From contig OX597814.1 of NCBI GenBank assembly GCA_951406725.2, positions 104,718,001 to 104,782,000 on the forward strand: a stretch of 64,000 bases of DNA, written 5' to 3'. The translations under genes and the position numbers were made by a program. Every line of letters starts with the position of its first letter. The first letter of the stretch is position 1. The DNA is from Octopus vulgaris. Taxonomy: Eukaryota. A model generated the notes under the pieces. That model was not told where the DNA came from, searched no databases, and saw only the letters and a program-made list of their open reading frames with translations. Shown in pieces: positions 54,563-64,000 of this stretch.

Positions 54563-55128
54563 GAAATGAGGTACTCAGAAGATCGGATGGTTTATATTTA
54601 CAGATATTTATTTGTATATTAGATTTTTTATATATATATCATATCACTTAGATCATTTCTCCCATTCTAGTGGGGTTTTCAAATCAAACTAAGTTCCTGT
54701 GTGAGGAGATTTGATAGAGTTCTGTAGTGGTGGGGAGGAATATAAGACAGTACAAGAGGGTGATGGATGAGGAGAAAGTGAGAGAGAGAACATGTGTGTA
54801 TGTGTGTGTGCGTGTGTGTGTGTGTGTGTGTTTGTATCTGGGATGAGTGCTAAAGAGAAAGAGGGGAAGGGAGAGGGAAGAAGAAAATAATTTTTTTGGT
54901 CTGCTGGACAGAATATTGACTCCAAAGAAAAAAAGAAAGAATTTCAGTTTGACCACTTCACAGTGTCACTGAGTGTGTGGTGACGGGGAGGCAGACCATA
55001 AATCATATTTCCTTTTATCATTGTGAGAGAGTGTGTGTATTTGATGGTCAAATGCTTTTTTGGGTTTAAGAATTCTTTCCACTTTTATGATAGTTTTGTG
55101 GAGGTGTGTGTGTGTGTCTGTGTGTGTG

Positions 55129-55166
<38 letters not shown>

Positions 55167-55269
55167 TGTGTGGGTGTCTGTGAGTTTGGAGAAGGGAAGA
55201 GAGAAAAAAGGAGCAAATGGACAGGTAATTAATAAAATTATTTATCAATAATATAAAATATGACAACAT

Positions 55270-55352
55270 CTCTGACAGCTGTTTCAATTCAGACATATTT
55301 AGATAATTAATTTATAAAATTATAATCATTATAAGATGAATCTCTTCAGAGG
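55270..55352 (-). ncRNA. Minimal type-I hammerhead ribozyme (weak stem I)
   Basis: Minus: CCT-CTGAAGA-GATTCA...TGAATT-GAAAC-AGCT-GTC-AGAG; palindromic CAGCTG stem III. Confidence 0.65.
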
Positions 55353-56345
55353 TAGTAAGGGTATACTGATTAGAAATACATGTTGAGATAATGGCTTTGA
55401 AACCGGTAACTAACCAGTATTTTCATTGGATTTACGATCCCTTAATAAGGTTTATTACCTTACTTGATAGTATAGACACCCACCCACCCATGTATGCATG
55501 TGTGTGTGTATTTAGAAGCCTGCTTATAATTGTGTTTAGATATTTTTCCAAAGCAAGTATGTATGCGAAGGTGTGTATATGCGCGTGTGAGTTTGTGTGC
55601 ATGAGCGCGCGCATGTACCTGTCTGTAGTGATAAGGAGTGCGCATGCGTGTACAAGTCTGCGCGTATGTTTGTATAAATGTAAAAAAAATGTGTATAAAG
55701 CACACTTTTCGAAGAAGCATTGAGAAATCGCCAGGACGTCTCCGTTAGAATTTTATGCCGACTATAGAAGCTGAATGTCGTTGAATCGCTCAGATATGAG
55801 GTTTTCGGAATGGTTAATTATATTTCCACATAAATATAACATTCTTTCTGTCTGCCATTCATGAAAGCTTTATGAGGCTGAAGGAATTTCCTGACGAATT
55901 TGTTGGGGGCAAATATGCAAAACTACCACGCGAATGGTTTATCGCTTCCACATCATTTACAACGTTTCCATCGTTGAGTATATACTGTACACACACACAC
56001 ACACGCACGCACACACACACACATACACACACATGATACACACATACATGCACACACATACACACACACACCACACACATACATACACCACACACACATA
56101 CAACTCACACACACTCACACACACACATACTCACACATACACACACACCACACACACACACGCACACAGATATATATATACATATATTAAATATATATAC
56201 CGTATATATAAATATGTGGTGCCCCAGCATGACCGCATCTTTTTGAGCTGAAACTGGTAAAGAATTATACTGTATATATTTGCGCATAGCATATATATAT
56301 ATACACACACGTGTGTATATATATATATATATATACATACATATA

Positions 56346-56379
<34 letters not shown>

Positions 56380-56394
56380 TATATACATATATAT

Positions 56395-56446
<52 letters not shown>

Positions 56447-56466
56447 TATATACATATATATATACA

Positions 56467-56522
<56 letters not shown>

Positions 56523-56834
56523 TATATAAACACATGCACACAGACGAAAGAGGACCAACTCGGTCGTTCAGCCTCCTCTGTGCTGCTACACTGTATTTGA
56601 TTTAAAGCCTTATTCTACATTTTCATCGCATGTCCAGACAATGTCCCTTTTATTGATTGGAGCCATTCTAAATGTCACACTCCGTGTGTTGCCCTTTCAT
56701 TTGCTTGTCCCACTCTATATAACGGTTTTCATCTTTTAGCCGAAGAAAGTTAGATGGGGAAAGACGTAAGTGTGAGAGATAACAGAAAGCAAGTATATGA
56801 AATAATGAAGGCAACACTAATATATGTAGAGTCA

Positions 56835-57113
56835 CATGGCCTAGTGGTTAGAGTAGCGGACTGGCGGTCGAGGGATCACGGGTTCGAATCTCAGACCGGG
56901 CGATGTTTGTGTTTATGAGCGAAACACCTAAGCTCCGCGTTGCTCCGGCAGAATGTAATCGGGAACTTCTCCTGACTCTTTCGCCACGACTTTCTCTCAC
57001 TCTTTCCTCCTACATCTAACAGCTCACCTGTGACGGAGTGGCGTCCCGTCCAGGTGGGGAATCTATACGTTAATGAAACCAGATATTGGCTCGTGAAGGA
57101 AGAAACAACAACA
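56835..57113 (+). mobile_element. tRNA-derived SINE family C variant
   Basis: TGGCCTAGTGGTTAGAG A-box, GGTTCGAATCTC B-box, GACGGAGTGGCGTCCCGTCCAGG central box, (AAC)n tail. Confidence 0.8.
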
Positions 57114-58714
57114 GTAATATATTAAATGCAGCTATCATCAAATACAACAATATGCGGTAAGGAAAAGACAGCATTAATGCAATGGTCCATATTATTTTAC
57201 TAATTTTAGTAAGTAAGGGAGAAAACTTTTGGCATGTTTCAGTCTTATTAGACCATGTGAATGCGGGTAGATTGGTGGTTAGGACGTTGGACCGTGGTTC
57301 AAAAGACTGTCAGTCCCATTCCTGGTTCGAGTGATATGATGTCTTTGAGTTGGACGCTTCATTCCACGTTGCTCCCATCTCATCAGCTGTAAATGGGTAC
57401 CAATTTAGTAAGGGTGCAGCCCTTTCTCTGCTCTCATATCGTCCATGTTTCGTCCGATGGCAAAGGTGGCATTGCAGGGATGTCTGCTGCTGATTATATA
57501 AGCACCTAAAACAATTAGCGAAAACATGGTAAATGCTTCTAGGTTCTAATCACTTGCGAGTGACGGCTATAGTTTGGTTAGATCTCGTCAATACAAAATT
57601 ACAAGCTTCATCATAATTGCTCAAGTATTAATGAAAGAATCATTAAGTAGGTATACAATATTGCATATAAATAGACATGACCAATTAGCATAATTAACAA
57701 ATAATCAATTGAAGTTAATAACTTTGTCACCGTTAAAAACGGTAGTTAAGATAGTGGGAACGTATTTAATGTAGTCACTATCAAAAAACTAATTAGGAAT
57801 CATTATGAGATGAGGTAAAGACAAGGTTAGCTCTGTCGTTAATAATGATTGAAACATATAGAGAAAATGTTTTCGTTGTATTCAGTTACCTCCATTTATG
57901 TATGTATTCAAATGTAGCCGAGGCTACCTTTGTCTCTTTTATGACATCGATAAAATGCCGCTTCAACAATAGTAATGAAAGTTAGAATAAGTTATAGGAT
58001 GTCATTGATGGGCCTCGTTTTCATCTTTTTCTTCAGTTTTACCATTGATGAGGATGGTGATAAAATAGCTTTACTCTTTTCGAGCAAGTGAAATGTTGCT
58101 TTCAGCTCTGCTCGTATCATTTTAGGCAATGTTCTTAAACGTTTAAGTCGTCTTGCTAAATATCTTTAAATAGCAGTCATATTGCGCATAATCAGCGAAT
58201 TTGTAATTAATAACAAATTAACATAATTATGATTAAGTACCAAGTTCACTGTCTCATATATCTGTGCTATAGATGGGGGCCACACATACACTTGACAAAC
58301 AGAGGGCAACCGTTAAGAGCTGATACACTTTCGAGAACTGAAGTGGAATCTAAACCGTTTAGATGCGGCATTCATTATGTTATAGACGTATAATAATAAC
58401 GATAAATGTGACATGTTAATACATAAAAATAGGTCTTGAAGAATATAGAATATTTTGGTGGTGGAATAAAATATAGAAGAACTAACGGTATGGAAATAAA
58501 AAAAGAATTTGTCGGTAATGGAGTATAACGAGTAACAACACAGCATCAGCTGTAATAAATATGAATTATTAGGATGAGAGGTTGATGGATCACTTTTTAT
58601 TGTTTGAAGCTGTTCGTCATTGAAAAGACAATAGTGTTTTATTTATAGATCTGCAGCGTGGAGAATAATTTGTTACGCATTCTATAACTATATGCATGAG
58701 GGTATGTACATTTG

Positions 58715-58808
<94 letters not shown>

Positions 58809-59039
58809 TTTACAAGCTTCAGTCGTTAGTCTGCAGCCATACTTGAATACAGTATTACAGTTCCATTTCAGCCTATCATATTAATCGGTTTCGTAGAAAG
58901 ATATTAGAAATACTAAGCTTAACAAAAATAAGTCTGGGGGCGGTTTGCTTGGTTAAAAACCTTCAAGGCGGGGCTTCAGCATGGGCACGGTCAACTGACT
59001 GAAACAAGTAAAAGAATGAAACAAAAGACTATACATAAA

Positions 59040-59400
59040 TACTAGCAGTATCGCCCGGCGTTGCTCGGGTTTGTAAGGGAAATAACTATAAAGCATTTTT
59101 AGAGAGTTATAGTAAAAAAATAGCAAAAAAATGCATTAAAAATGGAAAAAATATGATGGTAAATTTTTTTAAATCGTTGGCTCATCGTAGACATTTTTAG
59201 AGAGTTACTTCCCTTTAAAAAAATATGCATTAAAATGGAAAAAAATGATGGTCAATTATTTTTAAAATCGTAGACGCGCGCTAATACCCAGAAGGGCTCG
59301 ATATGAATCACGACTATAAGATACCCGGTTTTGGTTAAACTGCACCGCAAAATGTGGGAGTAGTTAGGAATCTAAATCGGAGTAGACAGACACACAACTA
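59040..59400 (+). mobile_element. Non-autonomous Helitron/Helentron-like (DINE-1/Lep1-type) element
   Basis: Terminal TACTAGC plus subterminal hairpin CCCGGCGTTGCTCGGG; internal direct repeats (CATTTTTAGAGAGTTA; ATGCATTAAAATGGAAAAAA); ends near AGACAGACACACAAC. Confidence 0.6.
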
Positions 59401-59525
59401 TACATAAATACACACACACACACACACACACAAACACAGACATATAGAAATAATTAAGATTCAGTTGAATTAGGTACTTAATTTGAGGCACCAAGTCAGA
59501 ATGATATTATCCACACCGCTCGAAG

Positions 59526-59708
59526 TAAGGTGAATAAAAAGCAGATAAGTAACAAGGATGTCCAGGTATCAGTGCACTATCGCCATTTCAAGCGGCGCCA
59601 TTTAATCGATCAATGAAAATATTGCATCAATTTGGAGCCGCTTGAAGCGGCCGTAATGCACTCATATCTGGACATTCTTGTGACTTATTTGCTTTGTATA
59701 TAGCCTTA
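59526..59708. repeat. Long imperfect inverted repeat (~75-bp arms), MITE/foldback-like
   Basis: AAAGCAGATAAGTAACAAGGATGTCCAGG..TTCAAGCGGCGCCA pairs with TGGAGCCGCTTGAA..CTGGACATTCTTGTGACTTATTTGCTTT. Confidence 0.8.
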
Positions 59709-59804
59709 TGTATATATTCTTATGTGCGTGTGCGCACATAAGGATACACATCTAAGAAAACAGAATAGGATAAGTGGAGCAAGAGTACACGCGAAAACGC
59801 AAAG

Positions 59805-59849
59805 TGTCGCTGAAGAGGTCACAAATGTGTGACGAAAGATTTCCGGACA
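59805..59849 (+). ncRNA. Degenerate minimal hammerhead ribozyme
   Basis: TGTCG-CTGAAGA-G-GTCAC-AAATGT-GTGAC-GAAA-GATT-TC-CGGACA. Confidence 0.45.
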
Positions 59850-60017
59850 ATGGACATGAGTTAGAATAAACAAAAAGTAAGAACAGTAATAAACGAGTGA
59901 AGAACAAATATATAGTACGTGTGTTTATTTGGTAAAAAATAAATTAATTGAATAAAATGACCATCCCGAAAAACAACAATGCACACGCACACATACATAC
60001 ATACATACATACATACA

Positions 60018-60053
<36 letters not shown>

Positions 60054-60232
60054 TACACACAAACACACACCCAGTTTTATTGTCTTCCACTTATATCGGT
60101 GGTTCTACTATTTAAGATATTGGTGTCAAAGTTTCGTCCATGGTAACTTGTATGGAACTAAATTATTATCACGTAATTATGAATAAATATTTATATATTT
60201 AATAAGTTACATTTCATAAATATATATTTAGA

Positions 60233-60331
60233 ATTCCGTTGTGTCTGGGGAGAGTAATTTTCTTTTTGTATCTTATAATGTAACACACTCACCGGTAAAA
60301 AGAAAATGACTCTCCCCAGACACAACAGAAT
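60233..60331. repeat. 35-bp-arm inverted repeat (2 mismatches)
   Basis: ATTCCGTTGTGTCTGGGGAGAGTAATTTTCTTTTT / AAAAAGAAAATGACTCTCCCCAGACACAACAGAAT. Confidence 0.85.
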
Positions 60332-60569
60332 ATGCTTCAACACACGAACTCATATAAAAATTTTTGCAAACCAAATCCCAAAACGAAATATTTACAATTG
60401 TTTTGCAAATAATACACTTCAATAAACCCAGTCGATGTTGGACATCAAAAGTCAACATGACTTTCAGTAGTTTCGTTTATCGTAAGCTTTATCAGGGATC
60501 CCTTGAATACCATTGTAACTGTGAATGGTGTGAGCAATGTATCTTATTAATAATGTAAACGAACTAAAC

Positions 60570-60780
60570 TGGTGAGCTGGCAGAATCGAGTCCGCGCAGG
60601 GTAAAATGCTTTGCAACATTCCGTCTGTCTTTACGTTCTGAGTTCAAATTCCGATGAGGTCGACTTTGCCATTCATCCTTTTGGTCTCGATATAATAAGT
60701 ACCAGTTGGAAACTGGGGTCGATGTAATTGACTTATTCCCTTCTTTTGAAATCGCTGGCCTTGCGCCAAAATTTAAAATC
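60570..60780 (+). mobile_element. SINE family A
   Basis: GGTGAGCTGGCAGAATCG..TTCTGAGTTCAAATTCCGATGAGGTCGACTTTGCC. Confidence 0.85.
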
Positions 60781-61292
60781 AGTACATAAAATATTATTGT
60801 CGTTAGAGCAAGAGGTATAACGCTGATGAATATGATTTAGTAGTAAATCTCTAAACATAGAGAAGAATAAATGCTAGTGACTCTTAAAAGGAAGGGGACA
60901 CATTGAATAGTGTATTCCTAGATCTACATATGTCACATGGTCACAGCTATAATGTCTTTGATAATATGGCTACGGTGTCAGAGTTGACCTGGGACTAAAC
61001 AACCAATGCTAACACCAATATCATCATCAACAACAAGGGCAACGATAACCAGGAGATAAACCACACTATCCTCAGACTTATTGCCAAAAGTTGCGGATAC
61101 TCAGAGTACGAAACGTCATTGTGGTTTTCCTCTCGGCCTGCATTGTTGCGCAATTATATGAAGCTACAGTATTACAGGAAACACCATAAATAGCAGTGGG
61201 GCTCTGTATATTATATATAGAAGTACACACACATGTATTTTGTGTGTTATCTATGTATGTATACATGTATAAGGTACATGCATACAAATACA

Positions 61293-61332
<40 letters not shown>

Positions 61333-61355
61333 TATATAGATACACATATATACAT

Positions 61356-61394
<39 letters not shown>

Positions 61395-61395
61395 C

Positions 61396-61476
<81 letters not shown>

Positions 61477-62496
61477 ACATTTACTGAGTAGTCATGCATA
61501 TATGCTTGTTTATATATATACGCATACATACATACACATGTATATACATACATATATATATACATATATACATACACATACATACATACATATATATACA
61601 TATATATTTGCATATATATATATATATGCATATATATATATATATGCATATATATGCATATATATATGCATGAGTGTGTGTGTGTGTGCGCGTGTGTGTA
61701 GAAACATGCATACATGCATGACTGCTCAGTAAATGTTGTTTAAATTCCAATGAAAGAACTTTGTTTCTGGGTTGGAAAGCAGCTCTTCCTGTATTGGTGA
61801 GAAACGCGTGAGCGTACATGCACACACACACGTGTGCGTGTGTGAGTGCGCTCGCGCGTACACGTGTCTGTGTGTGCATCGCGCGTGTGTTTGTGTGTAA
61901 GAGTTTTCAAAGCCATTCGCTGTGTATATTCGTAGGAAGATTATTCTGTCTTAATGTCTTCATGCAAATCCATCTGTCAGATTAATTATAAATCCTGCAT
62001 TATGATGAGTAATGTATTATGGAGTAAAGGCTGCATAATGGATTAGGGGCTGGTTGAATGCTGCTAGATCGCTATTGAGTAAACAGAGGATTAAAGAGCA
62101 ACTGGTGGAATACGAAATAAATAAACGAATCGACTTAAGAACACAGTGTTCCTGATTTTGGCGTAAACATGAAAGGGAGCGAAGAATATAGATGAGGAAG
62201 GCAGGAAGAAAAAAAAAACGGAAAAGACAGGAAAACAAAGAAGGAGTGGGAAAATGAGGAATAAACGGAAGAAAGAAACAAAGAAAATTACAGAGAATTA
62301 ATAAAAATAAATAAACAAACAAACAAATAAATAAATAGGGACGAGAGTGTGAGAGGAGGATAAAGAGGCAATCAGTGAACGATTCTGTAAGGGGTTTTTG
62401 TTGTGTTTTTGGTGTTTATAAGGAAGTAATTCTGAAAATTTCTCGGGATTTGGGGTTGGTAAAACAACGAAAAGGATGTTGCAGAGATTGTGTTGT

Positions 62497-62670
62497 ATGA
62501 TGATGACGATGATTATAATGATGAAGATGGCGATGATGATGATGATGATGATGATGACGACGATGGCGATGATGATGATGAAGATGACGACAACGACGAC
62601 AACGATGATGATGATGATGACGACGACGACGACGACGATGATGATGATGATGATGATGATGATAACGATG
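62497..62670. repeat. (GAT/GAC)n microsatellite
   Basis: Seen directly. Confidence 0.95.
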
Positions 62671-63555
62671 GTAATGTTGGTGGTGATGGGCAGATGACTA
62701 GCACATTCTGGTACAAGCTGTGATCGATCACCGATCACCACTACAACGTAACTTATTGATCCCTTTCGAAAAGATCGAACACTATGAAACGACAACTCGG
62801 ATGTAATCGGACATAACACGAAATCGGAATGGTTTTCGTTCTATATTTCTCCGTTTCTGCTAGGTTCACCTGGTTATATAATTATATGTAATAAGGTGAT
62901 ACTGTTCTAGATAAGCCCAGCCACCCTCACTGAGACCCTCTGAGGAATATATGGGTAATTTTTATATGGAATTCTTGCCGTCTTAGAATAGGAAGATATT
63001 AAGGAACTTTAGCATCCAGACAGGCTACCTGACACCATTTGGAAAAAAAAGTAAAAGAAAAAAACTGGTACCTTTCTTCAAGCCTGAATGAAAATTGTTT
63101 CTTTTTTTTTTGTATATACCCAGGCCTATTCACCCCCACACCAGGCATTCCATTCATTTTCCAGCTCGATAGGATGGTTAGAGAAATGGCTTTAAAGTTG
63201 AGGGTGGCTATAAAGTTGAGCTGAGGTTTACTGTAAATTCAGGAATACAATGACCTGATTGTTGAATTAAAAAACAAAATAATTACGGCGAGAAAGAAAG
63301 GCGTTTCAATGATTCATTTGTAAACAGCACAACTAGAATGATTGATAGCAGACACTTCATTGGAGATATCGATAGATTACCTCTAAAGATGGACATTAAA
63401 ACGGTCAAGAAAATAAAATGTATTAAGAACAATAAATATTTTTAGCATTCTCAGTCAATTTTTGTTAATCTTCTACAAGAAAAATATAACAAAAAAAGAG
63501 GAAACTTTTGAAATATATTTCAAATATAAATAGCTAAAATCAATGAAAATAACAA

Positions 63556-63996
63556 TCCTTTCTACTCCAGGTAGAAGGCCGCAAATCTTGGGGAAGCGGG
63601 GTTGATCGACTGCATGGACCCAGTTCTTGACTGGGATGTTATTATATCAACCTTGAAAGAATGAATGACGAAATTGACCTCGTCAGAATTTGAATATCAA
63701 AACGTAAAGACGAAGAAGAATCGCTGCTAAACCTTTTTTATCCAACTCAGTAACGATTCTGCCAGTTATTATAATAATAACCCTTTCCACTGAAGATACA
63801 AGGCCCGAAAACTTTAGGGGGGGAGACTAGTCGATTACATCTATACCCAGTGTTTCTCTGGTACTTGATTTATCAACTCTGAAAAGATAAAAGGCAATGT
63901 CGACCTCGGCAGAATTTGAACTCAGAACGTAGCGACGGGCGAAATATCGATAACGATTTCGTCCAGCGTGCTAACGTTTCTGCCAGCTCACCACCT
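63556..63996 (-). mobile_element. Two adjacent SINE family A copies
   Basis: Two reverse cores, ending ACGATTCTGCCAG (~63765) and ACGTTTCTGCCAGCTCACCACCTT (~63996). Confidence 0.85.
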
Positions 63997-64000
63997 TTTT

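Overview
Eukaryotic, AT-rich, repeat-dominated intergenic or intronic DNA. The SINE families and extreme microsatellite density suggest an octopus or other coleoid cephalopod genome (inference). No intact host protein-coding gene is supportable, and nearly all listed ORFs are microsatellite artefacts. The window holds many tRNA-derived SINEs of at least three families, decayed LINEs (Tx1/L1, R4/Dong, CR1-group, RTE-like), a full-length dead mariner, mariner and hAT MITEs, a Helitron/Helentron-like element, a 133-bp solo LTR and a 34-bp tandem array apparently born from a SINE. The strongest unannotated signal is a set of unrelated minimal type-I hammerhead ribozymes (HHRs) with tiny, mostly palindromic stem III, of the kind known from Penelope-like elements. 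They lie at about 19.7, 35.0, 46.6/46.9, 54.2, 55.3 and 59.8 kb, several beside (TA)n tracts. There is also a ~550-bp non-coding element that sits in (AAT)n arrays in a fixed orientation, like the co-located Dong/R4 LINE. Coordinates were read by eye and repeat boundaries are approximate.
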